NCBI GenBank assembly: GCA_963677485.1
Contig: OY781964.1
Coordinates: 3,072,001-3,136,000, forward strand
DNA: 64,000 nucleotides
Reading direction: 5' to 3'
Source of the DNA: Armatimonadota bacterium
GTDB taxonomy: Bacteria > Armatimonadota > HRBIN16
Shown here: positions 43,463 through 52,445 of the stretch, one piece after another
Position numbering within the stretch: the first letter of the stretch is position 1
Layout: every line of letters begins with the position of its first letter
Translations under genes and position numbers: made by a program
Notes under the pieces: generated by a model
Told to the model about the DNA's origin: nothing
Seen by the model: the letters and a program-made list of their open reading frames with translations, nothing else
The model's database searches: none

Positions 43463-44473
43463 ATGACCATCACGCATGTTGTGAATGGGGATCATACGGC
43501 AGAGCTTATTCGTCAGAGCGGGTTACCTGGTGATGTGTTATTATTCACCGACGTTCTGCACGAAGGACCCGTATTGCACGCCCCTATCCTTGAGCATCAT
43601 GAACGGCGCGCGGGGTTCCTGGCAGGATGCGGATGGGGCGAGTACGAAAGCCTACTGGAGTTCTACCACAGCCAGGAAGAGGCGTTGATGTACTACGCGG
43701 AAGAGGGCAAACTGGTGCTGTGGTGCGAGCATGATGTTTATGACCAGCTTCTTCTGGCCCGCTGGCTGACGCTGATGGATATCGTGCTGGATCAACCTTA
43801 CGATCACCATATGGTCTGTGTAGGGCATGTGGAAGGACGGCCCAACTTCCGTGGTTTAGGTGAGCTCACACCACCCGAAATCGCGAAACTATACGATAAG
43901 CGACGCCCTGTGTCCCATGCAACCATGTCCGATGGGCATCTTTCCTGGCATGCTCTCTGCGCTGAAGGACCAGCCATGATGGAGGTCACTTCCCAGCAGT
44001 CTCTGCACGACCTGCCTTACATGAGCAATACCATGTACCGCCTGCTGCAGCAGTATCCAAAGCAGGGTAGCGGATTATGGCGAACCGGTGAGCAGATACT
44101 CTACTGCCTGGAATCTGGCCCGAAGACCCCCTTTGAGCTGTTTGCCAACGACACGGAGATGGAGCAGAGCCCCTTCATGGGTGATGCCACCTTCTGGCTG
44201 CACGTGGAGCGATTGTCCAATGTGGACGATCCCGCCCTTACCTGGGAGGATGGCACGCCGTTTATCGCGCACAAGGCCCTCACATCTCCACCGGACAAGT
44301 TCAGAGATGAGCGGCTGCAGCTCACGCAGTTGGGCCGGAGCGTTTTGCAATACCAGGTTGATTTCGTGAAACACAACCAAATCAGCTATTGGATAGGCGG
44401 AGTCGAGGTCGGCCCAAACGCCCCCTGGCGCCGTGGCGATGACGGTCATGTGAAGTTGATGAAGGGCTCATAA
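43463..44473 (+). CDS. DUF1835-like protein
   Basis: HVVNGD..DVLHEGP..LWCEHD.YDQL..GLGEL..WIGG. Confidence 0.7.
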   Translation: MTITHVVNGDHTAELIRQSGLPGDVLLFTDVLHEGPVLHAPILEHHERRAGFLAGCGWGEYESLLEFYHSQEEALMYYAEEGKLVLWCEHDVYDQLLLARWLTLMDIVLDQPYDHHMVCVGHVEGRPNFRGLGELTPPEIAKLYDKRRPVSHATMSDGHLSWHALCAEGPAMMEVTSQQSLHDLPYMSNTMYRLLQQYPKQGSGLWRTGEQILYCLESGPKTPFELFANDTEMEQSPFMGDATFWLHVERLSNVDDPALTWEDGTPFIAHKALTSPPDKFRDERLQLTQLGRSVLQYQVDFVKHNQISYWIGGVEVGPNAPWRRGDDGHVKLMKGS

Positions 44474-44532
44474 CCTGATCAGATGTGCTTGATCGGTCTA
44501 ATTCGCCCGATCCGTCCGATACCTACAATCGC

Positions 44533-44564
44533 AAAAAGAGGGGATGGCGACTATGACCATCCCC
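44533..44564 (-). terminator. Terminator of amtB-glnK
   Basis: ggggatgg..ccatcccc followed by tcttttt on minus strand. Confidence 0.65.
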
Positions 44565-44601
44565 GTTTCCCACTTGTGTTTGACACGTGCGCAAGGGGAA
44601 A

Positions 44602-44940
44602 TTAGAGGGCAGCGTCCCCGGTTTCACCGGTTCTGATGAGGACGCTTGCCGCTAGACTGGTTACGAATATCTTCCCATCTCCTACCTCTCCGGTCCTAGC
44701 TGTATCCTGTATCACATCCAATACCATTGACAGCTTGTCATCGGGAACTACCACGCATATCTCGGCTTTCGGCAGTAGATTCACTGTGATAGTGGACATT
44801 CGGAAATGGTCGGTATATCCCTTCTGTCGGCCGCAACCCTGCACTTCCGTAACGGTCAGTCCTTCAACTCCGATATCGTGAAGTGCATCTTTCACAACCT
44901 CAATTGCTTGAGGGCGGATGATAGCTAGAACCTGCTTCAT
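44602..44940 (-). CDS. glnK: P-II family nitrogen regulator
   Basis: AIIRP, GCGRQKG, LLPK, ARTGEVGDGKIF, IRTGE; adjacent to amtB. Confidence 0.93.
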   Translation of the reverse strand: MKQVLAIIRPQAIEVVKDALHDIGVEGLTVTEVQGCGRQKGYTDHFRMSTITVNLLPKAEICVVVPDDKLSMVLDVIQDTARTGEVGDGKIFVTSLAASVLIRTGETGDAAL

Positions 44941-44954
44941 AGTCGACTCACCTG

Positions 44955-46607
44955 TTACCCTTCGTGAACCTGTGCTTTTTGCTGTGTGTTGAAGCCTACG
45001 TCGTGCATGTCATCACGGGGATAAGCCAGCATGCCTACCTCAGGAATGTCTAAGCCGTTGATTTCATCCTCGGCCTTCACACGCATCCCAATGGTCTTCT
45101 GGCATATCTTGAAGAATATCCAAGAAGCGCTGTAGACAAACACGATGCAGGCGATACAGCCAATCAACTGGGCGACGAACTGCTTAGGATCGCCATACAG
45201 GATGCCTTTGACCGTTCCAGGCACACCGTTCCAGCCATCGCCATAGGTGCCGTCTGCGAAGATACCTACAGCCAGAACACCGAACAGGCCATTGAAGCCG
45301 TGGACAGCGATCGCACCAACTGGGTCGTCGAGCTTCATTTTGTTTTCAACGAACCATACTGCCCAGATGACCAGCACACCAGATATCAAGCCGATGACAA
45401 ACGCCCCTGCTGGGTTGACGAAGGCACAAGGCGCCGTGATGGCGACCAATCCAGCGAGCATACCGTTCGCGCTCATGGCGGGGTCTGGTTTTCCGTTCAT
45501 CTTCCAGGTGACAAACATGGTCATCAGCATTCCGGACGCACTCGCGATCATGGTGTTGACAGCAGCCACACTCAAGCGCAAGTCTGTTCCGGCCAAGGTG
45601 CTGCCTGCGTTGAAACCAAACCAGCAGAAGGCCAGGATGAACGTGCCAAGCAGCGCCATAGGGATGTTGTGCCCGGGGATAGCCACTGGTTTACCATCCT
45701 TGCGGAACTTACCGATGCGGGCTCCAAGAACCACTGCACCAGCCACACTGGCGATACCGCCCACGCTATGCACTACCGACGATCCTGCGAAGTCCACTAC
45801 ACCATGACCTAACCCGAAGTTGGCACCTAGTGTTGCCAACCAGCCACCGCCCCATACCCAGTTCCCAAAGATGGGATATAGGAACATGCTCACGAAGAAG
45901 CCCCAGAGCACGAAGGCACTGAACTTCCATCGCTCGGCCAGTGCACCAGTTGGTATGGTCGCCGTGGTGTCCATGAACACCATTTGGAACAAGAACATGG
46001 CCAGCACACCTACATCATAGGTGTTTCCGCTTAACGCAAAACCGTGGGTGCCAAATAGCCCCAGGGACTTGCCGGCGATGGTGATCGCAAACTCGTGACC
46101 TATCAGGGGGGCGGTTCCACCAAGGTTGGCGATCGCTCCCACGCCGCCGAACATCAAACCGAATCCAACCAGGAAGTAGCCCACGACGCCCAGGGCGTAG
46201 ATAGCGAAGTTCATAAACATCACTTCAGCAGCGTTCTTCCTGCGGCAGAAACCTGTCTCCACCAGCGCGAAACCCGCTTGCATATACATGACCAGGAAGC
46301 CGCAGATCATGGTCCACACGAAGTTGATCCCGATCTTGTTCTTGCCCACCTGAGCCCCAATTTCAGCGGTGGTGGGTTTGCCTGCTTCTTTGGCCGTGAC
46401 GTCGTTGATAGTTCCTGTGGTCGCTCCACTGGGGTCACCAACCACTGGGGGTGGTGCTGGAGCGGTCGCCGCTACTGTTGATGGAGCCGCGGAAGGCGTC
46501 TGATCCTGCCCTACGGCTCGATAGCCTACCAGCCCGACGATTACGAGTATCATACCCAGAATGCCGAGCCATCGGCGGAGGTGTCTAGTGTTTTTCATTT
46601 CGGTCAC
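44955..46607 (-). CDS. amtB: Ammonium transporter
   Basis: MQAGFALVETG, GALAER, DFAGSSVVH, WFGFNAGS, DDPVGAIAVH. Confidence 0.96.
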   Translation of the reverse strand: MTEMKNTRHLRRWLGILGMILVIVGLVGYRAVGQDQTPSAAPSTVAATAPAPPPVVGDPSGATTGTINDVTAKEAGKPTTAEIGAQVGKNKIGINFVWTMICGFLVMYMQAGFALVETGFCRRKNAAEVMFMNFAIYALGVVGYFLVGFGLMFGGVGAIANLGGTAPLIGHEFAITIAGKSLGLFGTHGFALSGNTYDVGVLAMFLFQMVFMDTTATIPTGALAERWKFSAFVLWGFFVSMFLYPIFGNWVWGGGWLATLGANFGLGHGVVDFAGSSVVHSVGGIASVAGAVVLGARIGKFRKDGKPVAIPGHNIPMALLGTFILAFCWFGFNAGSTLAGTDLRLSVAAVNTMIASASGMLMTMFVTWKMNGKPDPAMSANGMLAGLVAITAPCAFVNPAGAFVIGLISGVLVIWAVWFVENKMKLDDPVGAIAVHGFNGLFGVLAVGIFADGTYGDGWNGVPGTVKGILYGDPKQFVAQLIGCIACIVFVYSASWIFFKICQKTIGMRVKAEDEINGLDIPEVGMLAYPRDDMHDVGFNTQQKAQVHEG

Positions 46608-46625
46608 CTTTCTGTGTCGTTTAGG

Positions 46626-46659
46626 ACCGCCAATGGTGGTTGTTTAGACGCCGCCGTCT
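46626..46659 (-). promoter_or_regulatory. Candidate ANTAR-type dual hexaloop RNA motif in the amtB leader
   Basis: GAC-GGCGGC-GUC, 9 nt, ACC-AUUGGC-GGU immediately before the RBS. Confidence 0.5.
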
Positions 46660-46731
46660 GGACCGCACTTCACAGTAAGCGCATACCGTGAGTGTTAGTT
46701 CTCTAACACCCGAAGTATTGATTTCCGATGT

Positions 46732-48057
46732 CTATCTCGCAGCTTCGGAAGCGACCGTGGCCACATGACTCTGCGGCTCAACCGGTGTCTCGTCAGGCTT
46801 CGGAAAGACCATTCTCAGCAGCACAGGTGTCACCACCGTGCTTACCAAAACCATTAATATCATCGATGCATATTCCGGCTTGCCGATCACTCCAGCACTC
46901 AGCCCTACCTGGGCCACGATCAAGCCCACTTCTCCCCGGCTGATCATCCCAATGCCAACTCTCAGTGACTGTAGATTGTTAAAGCCGGAAAACCTGGCTC
47001 CCAGACCACAGCCAACCACTTTGGTTAACAATGCGATCGCCACAATCGCCAATGCGAACGGCAGGACGGCTGATGTGATTAGGTGAATGTTTGCTCCTAG
47101 TCCGATGCTGGTAAAGAACACGGGGACGAATAGAGCGTGCATCATCGGTTTGACAGAACTCTCTATCTCCTCTCGGAATCCGCTCTGCGAAAGGAAGACA
47201 CCCACCAGGTAGGCTCCTGTGATGGCAGCGACCTGCCCAATCACTTCAGCCAACACCGCAAATACCAGCATCAGCACAATCGCTCCTGCCGCCGCTGTGT
47301 GCTCGCTGTGCAGGCGGTTGGCCAAATGCACCACACCGTCGAATTTGCGTCCCAGCAGCATTGAGACTACAAAGAACATCGTCATCAACACGAACACACA
47401 ACCTACTGCCAGGGCTGGGCCGTTCGATATGCCAGATAGATGCGCGATTTCACTGGCCATGACCGGAGCTAACCCTGAGGGGTGAAGTTGACTTGCTCCC
47501 ATGGTGGCACTGAAGGCGATGACTACGCTCAGCACGATGATGCCAAGGATGTCGTCTATCACAGCGGCCCCCAGGATCGTCATGCCTTCAGGCGTCTGCA
47601 TCGCCCGCAGCTCCATGAGAGTCTGTGCGGAGATGCTGACCGATGTGGCCACCATAACCGTGCCGATGAAGGCACTTTCACCGATCCCAAGACCGAAAAG
47701 TCGGCAGCATACAAAGCCGAGTATGAGCGGGAGGATCACGCCGCTAACAGCCGACCACAGGGCGGTTTTCCCAACCTTCCGCATCTGTGTGAGGTCGGTC
47801 TCCAACCCGGCGGTGAACATCAGCAGAAGCACGCCAAGGCTGGCAAACACATGCAGGTGATCGCTTAGCCAGGCACTGCTGGACGTGAACATATCCCATT
47901 TCAACATGTTGAGGAATGACGGGCCCAAGAGCAGCCCAACCATGATTTCACCGAATACCACAGGCTGGTGTAGATAGCGGGCACTGATGTGTCCAGCCAG
48001 CTTACATGCGGTGATGATGATGATGAGTGCTACAAGAAGCTGCAGTTCGTGGCTCAT
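46732..48057 (-). CDS. Cation:proton antiporter (CPA2/NapA-like)
   Basis: GEI.VG..LGPS, GLETD, ATSVSISAQTL, AAVIDD, PVFF..IG, SRGEVG; ATG at 48057 after AGGAGG. Confidence 0.93.
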   Translation of the reverse strand: MSHELQLLVALIIIITACKLAGHISARYLHQPVVFGEIMVGLLLGPSFLNMLKWDMFTSSSAWLSDHLHVFASLGVLLLMFTAGLETDLTQMRKVGKTALWSAVSGVILPLILGFVCCRLFGLGIGESAFIGTVMVATSVSISAQTLMELRAMQTPEGMTILGAAVIDDILGIIVLSVVIAFSATMGASQLHPSGLAPVMASEIAHLSGISNGPALAVGCVFVLMTMFFVVSMLLGRKFDGVVHLANRLHSEHTAAAGAIVLMLVFAVLAEVIGQVAAITGAYLVGVFLSQSGFREEIESSVKPMMHALFVPVFFTSIGLGANIHLITSAVLPFALAIVAIALLTKVVGCGLGARFSGFNNLQSLRVGIGMISRGEVGLIVAQVGLSAGVIGKPEYASMILMVLVSTVVTPVLLRMVFPKPDETPVEPQSHVATVASEAAR

Positions 48058-48478
48058 GGCTATCCTCCTGGTGTTATTCGTAATCCACAACATTGGAGTA
48101 GAGAGTCTACCATGACGGAGCGCGCGGTCTTTGTGTGTGAAAACTGAACAGTCAGTGAGGTGCCTGCAAGGCAGAGGTTCTACAGTGGAGATGTCGTGGG
48201 CATCGTGCCCTGCATATATGTTACCCTCATCCATCTATGAAAGCAAGGTGCGGACCAAATACACACAAGGAGACAGGAGCAAGGAGTGAAGGAGACAGAA
48301 GAGGAGAGGAGAATGCCAACGTTTGTATATGCCCTAGACCGCTCCGGTTTTGCGAGGGAATCTTAATCCACAGATGACGCAGATGACGCAGATTAGATAA
48401 TGACCGCGCCGGTTTCTCAGTATGCTCTCAATCGCCATGTATGTTTTGTCCGACGCGGTCTGGCGGATAACCCGTAAT

Positions 48479-48730
48479 CGGTTAGCCACGCTGCCGCGGG
48501 TTTAGTCACCCCACGGGACTGTCGTCCCTTCACGGGGTTCCCTCAACCGCGCGTCTAGGTATTTGCTGCCCGCAAGCGGGCGCAGGGTGCCCTCCGCATG
48601 CGCCCGCAGGAGCGAAGCGACGCGGGCAGCAATCTGATCAGCGACGGGTGATGGAGCCCCCTGGGGCGATGGAACCCGTCGACTCGGGGCCGATCCGCCT
48701 ACATCGCTGCCGGTTAGCCACGCTGCCGCG
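48479..48730 (+). repeat. Family-B copy bounded by a 20-bp direct repeat
   Basis: B body 48492-48683; cggttagccacgctgccgcg at 48479-48498 and 48711-48730. Confidence 0.85.
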
Positions 48731-48899
48731 CGATGCAGAAACCACCGGAACGCTGCCGTGAAGGGGCGATTCGCGAATCGCCCTTCTAGCAAGCGACACG
48801 ATCCCGTGATCACCCGTGCATGTCTGAACCACGGATTACGCGGATGACACGGATGGGGAAGGAAACACCGCTCCCGTAGGGAAAACCCCGTTCGGTATA

Positions 48900-50897
48900 A
48901 TGTCCATAGAACAAAACCCTTCCAAGGATAACCAAATGCCCACTATATATATATCTGCTGAGAACCCAGTATCCACCAACTTTACACCGGGGATGAGTCC
49001 GATGGCCGCGGAGGACGGCTCCGGTGCGGTCGGTGGGGTCTTTCTGAAGCTTTATGTCGACAAGCCGAAAGGGGAGGCTAATCGACGGTTTTTTGCGAAA
49101 TACAGTTGCCGCATCCCTCAAGCCGACAAGTTCCACCTGTGGATTGCTGCCAACCCACAAAACACCACATGGGCCTGCTATTTGAGCATCATCATTGATG
49201 AACAGAAGCCCATTTCGTTAAAGGGCAGACTGCAGAACAGCCCCTCGTATGGTTTGCCATGGCCCGAAAACTACTTCTGCTGGACGAAACTGGACGACAT
49301 CTCGCTGTCTGCCGGTGCGCATACGCTGGAGATTGTGGTCGATGGCCCGCGAGAAGGCGGCAAGGATATGTATGCGGCCTTCCTGGACGAGATCGTGTTG
49401 ACCACCGACCCCAGCTTTGCGCCTGTAGATAACTGGCCGGCCGGGCATCCTTCCGGACCGAAAGCAAGGGCCATGGCGCGGCCTGGAGGCTGGCGTGCAG
49501 GTGTTGAGGGCGGGATGTATCAGATGCAGATGAAGAAAACCCACGAGGCGGCCAACGAGAGCAGTGCCCATGAGGTGGAACGTAAACTGGGAAACCGGCC
49601 TTTTGGCGCCAAGTCGGCTCCTGGCATCCACCGGTTCGGTGTGCATGGCATGGAGACGCCGTTTGTGAAAGCCGATCTGCACAGCAAATGCGGGCCGATG
49701 TTCGAGATGATCTCCCGTGCCGGCGTAGATACCCTTCGCACCGCAGAGAGCTGCTGGCACCGGCTGGGTGACAACTTCGACAACATGAAGGAGCTGGATT
49801 ACCAGTGCGAGCAAGCCTCCAAATACGGCATCAATTTCATGTTGACCATGGGATACCCGGCGGGCCCGTTCAGCGTGAGCAATGCGGTAATTGCGGCCGT
49901 TAAGCCCGAATACCTCGGTCTCTACCAGCAATACCTTGACAAGGTGACGAAGAGATACGCCCCGCATATCCAATACACCGAGCTGGCGAATGAAGTGGAT
50001 GCCCCGCAGACCTGGTGGAAGAATGGTTCGACCCCGGCGATGTATGTGAAAGAGCTGCAGATGCTGTTTGAGACCACCCGGCGCAATGCACCGAAGGCCA
50101 GGGTGATGGCGGTTGCCTCCACCTACGCCCGCGACACCACGCATGATGCGGTGGGTGAGGGACGGGCCTGGGTGAAAGCGGCTTGGAAGGCTGGCATGAA
50201 CAGGTATACCGACGGCTACTCGCTGCACTATACTTGGCCGTTGTCAGAACGTAACTATCCACCGTTCTTCAGGCAAGAGATCAAACCATATGGTGCGGCC
50301 AAGCCGTTGGTCAACAGCGAGGAGGCCGCATATGGCCATCCGGGCGACATCGTCAAGGCCTTTGCACGTGACCTGTTTTTGTACAACATGGAGGCCGTCT
50401 ACTACTATCTGGCGCGTGACTGGTATGAGGCGGGGAACCTGATCTACAGCGGTCTGTTTGATATCGACTACCGCCCCAAGCTGCGCCTGCTGAGTTATGC
50501 AGCGGCCTCGGATTCGATGAAGGGCCGGCAACTGGTGGGTATGGCTCAGCCCGAAAGCAATGTGGAGGCCTATGTACTGAAGAGCACCAACGGGCAATCG
50601 CCGAAATACAGCATCGTGATGTGGCGGAACGGGGCCGCAGAGGCCCTGGGACCAGTTTACTCGTTGCGCTATGAGGTGCCGACGGTGAAGGTGCGTGGGT
50701 TGCGTGGCGTGACTCACGCCGAAGATTGGCGTCTGGACCCTGTGAAGGTGCCTGGTGACGGCATCGTGGTCGGGGCCACCCCGGTGATTGCCTACTGTGA
50801 TCAGCTTCCAGCGTGGAAACTGATGAGCCGCGAGGCCTTCCTGAAGTTCGCACCCGCCATCGCTGCCCGCAGCAAGGCACTCGTGCCCGGGCAATAG
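48900..50897 (+). CDS. Clan GH-A-like glycoside hydrolase (GH39/GH5-like) with N-terminal beta-sandwich
   Basis: ELANEVD acid/base-like and NSEE nucleophile-like motifs, SLHY; alternative start 48936. Confidence 0.6.
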   Translation: MSIEQNPSKDNQMPTIYISAENPVSTNFTPGMSPMAAEDGSGAVGGVFLKLYVDKPKGEANRRFFAKYSCRIPQADKFHLWIAANPQNTTWACYLSIIIDEQKPISLKGRLQNSPSYGLPWPENYFCWTKLDDISLSAGAHTLEIVVDGPREGGKDMYAAFLDEIVLTTDPSFAPVDNWPAGHPSGPKARAMARPGGWRAGVEGGMYQMQMKKTHEAANESSAHEVERKLGNRPFGAKSAPGIHRFGVHGMETPFVKADLHSKCGPMFEMISRAGVDTLRTAESCWHRLGDNFDNMKELDYQCEQASKYGINFMLTMGYPAGPFSVSNAVIAAVKPEYLGLYQQYLDKVTKRYAPHIQYTELANEVDAPQTWWKNGSTPAMYVKELQMLFETTRRNAPKARVMAVASTYARDTTHDAVGEGRAWVKAAWKAGMNRYTDGYSLHYTWPLSERNYPPFFRQEIKPYGAAKPLVNSEEAAYGHPGDIVKAFARDLFLYNMEAVYYYLARDWYEAGNLIYSGLFDIDYRPKLRLLSYAAASDSMKGRQLVGMAQPESNVEAYVLKSTNGQSPKYSIVMWRNGAAEALGPVYSLRYEVPTVKVRGLRGVTHAEDWRLDPVKVPGDGIVVGATPVIAYCDQLPAWKLMSREAFLKFAPAIAARSKALVPGQ

Positions 50898-51097
50898 GAC
50901 CGGTGGGCGGGGGGTGAGGATCGCATTCAGGGCGGGGTGTTCAGGGCGGGGTGACCCCGCCCTCGTGGTCTGGGGCGGGGTCTCCCCGCCCAAACAAACA
51001 TCCTGCATACCCGCGTCATCCGTGGTTCAGACAATCCGGAATCCGACGAATGCGGCGGATCGGACCGATGGCAATGGTGGACGACCACCGGATTTCT

Positions 51098-52306
51098 TTA
51101 CTTGCCGAAGTTCTCCACAGCCAGCTTGTGGAACGGGTTGGTGAAGGCGCTGCTGTCACCCAGGTTGCCACGCTGCGTCATGAAGACCATCACGAGGCCG
51201 TGTTCGTCATCTACACACATGTCGGTGCGGTAGGCACCACTGTGCGAATACGCCTTCACGCTGAGCGGGTTGCTTGGTTTGTAGTACTGCGAAGTGGTCC
51301 AGCCTAGTCCGTAGCCGTTCTCGGACTGACCATCATTCAAAAGCTTGCCAGTGAGTGTGGTGGTCATGATACCCAGCGACTCCCTGGAGATATAACGCTT
51401 GCCGTCCAGCTCTCCGCCGTTCAGCAGCACCTGGCAGTAACGGGCGACATCATTTGCCGTGGAAAACAGTCCGCCAGCGGGGTTCGCGCTACGGGCTCTT
51501 GTGGTTAACGGGTAGGTGAGAGGAATGGTCGACTCCGTCATCACGGTGAAGTCATCGTTGGGGGTATAGGTCTTCGCTAAACGTGCTACCTGGCTTTTAG
51601 TCAGCACAAAGTCGGTGTCCTTCATGCCAAGCGGCTTGATCAGCCGATCTTGAATGAACTGCCAGTAGGATATACCACTCACCACTTCGATGATGCGTCC
51701 TGCGGTTTCATACCCTCCGTTGCCGTATGAAAAGCGGGTGTTGGGCTCAAAACCGAGCGGGGTGAGGGCGGCGGCCATCACGCGTTCGCCTAGCGAGGGG
51801 GTATCGAGAATTCCAGTGAATGGATACCCGCCCACCAAACCGCTGGTATGGTTGAGCAACTGCTTGATGGTGATGGGGGCCATGGGCTTCTTCAGCAGCC
51901 GATGGTTGTCGTCAGATTCGGCCAGCACCATCTGACCTCTAAACTCTGGCAGGTATTTCTCCACCGGGTCGTCGATGCTGATCTTGCCTTCGTCTACCAG
52001 CATCATGATGCAGGTGCTGGTCATCGCTTTGGTCATGCTGGCGATCCAGAAGATCGCGTCGGGCTTGATGGGTGTCTTTTTCTTCAGATCCGAATAGCCC
52101 ACGCACTCGGTAACAAGCACCTTATCTTTATCGGCCACCAGCATGATCGCGCCGCCGAATTGGTTGCCGTCGACGAACTGCTGCATTGCTTTGGATATGG
52201 TGCCGGGCTGGTATTTGGATGCAGGTGCATTCGCAGCCGCGGAGGCGCAGGTAGCGAAACCGCATACCACGAGCGCGAATACGAGGGTCAATGACGATGG
52301 GGGCAT
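51098..52306 (-). CDS. Serine hydrolase, beta-lactamase-related (class C/PBP fold)
   Basis: FWIASMTK (SxxK), LLNHTSG, FSYGN, PAGGLFST, HSG; signal peptide. Confidence 0.92.
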   Translation of the reverse strand: MPPSSLTLVFALVVCGFATCASAAANAPASKYQPGTISKAMQQFVDGNQFGGAIMLVADKDKVLVTECVGYSDLKKKTPIKPDAIFWIASMTKAMTSTCIMMLVDEGKISIDDPVEKYLPEFRGQMVLAESDDNHRLLKKPMAPITIKQLLNHTSGLVGGYPFTGILDTPSLGERVMAAALTPLGFEPNTRFSYGNGGYETAGRIIEVVSGISYWQFIQDRLIKPLGMKDTDFVLTKSQVARLAKTYTPNDDFTVMTESTIPLTYPLTTRARSANPAGGLFSTANDVARYCQVLLNGGELDGKRYISRESLGIMTTTLTGKLLNDGQSENGYGLGWTTSQYYKPSNPLSVKAYSHSGAYRTDMCVDDEHGLVMVFMTQRGNLGDSSAFTNPFHKLAVENFGK

Positions 52307-52445
52307 AGCTTAGGGTCTCCTTGATGTGTTGTGTCTACGACTAGAGTCACATTAGGCACCGTGGGGCGGATTCCCTTGTTTTTTGATATTCAATAAACTC
52401 ATGCTTGAACAATGATACCAAACACTGACCGTGTTCATCACCCAA

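Noticed and set aside
51098-52306. True beta-lactamase paired with BLIP-II-like inhibitors
   Set aside because: Motifs fit the broad esterase/serine hydrolase family, and the genes are ~48 kb apart with no link
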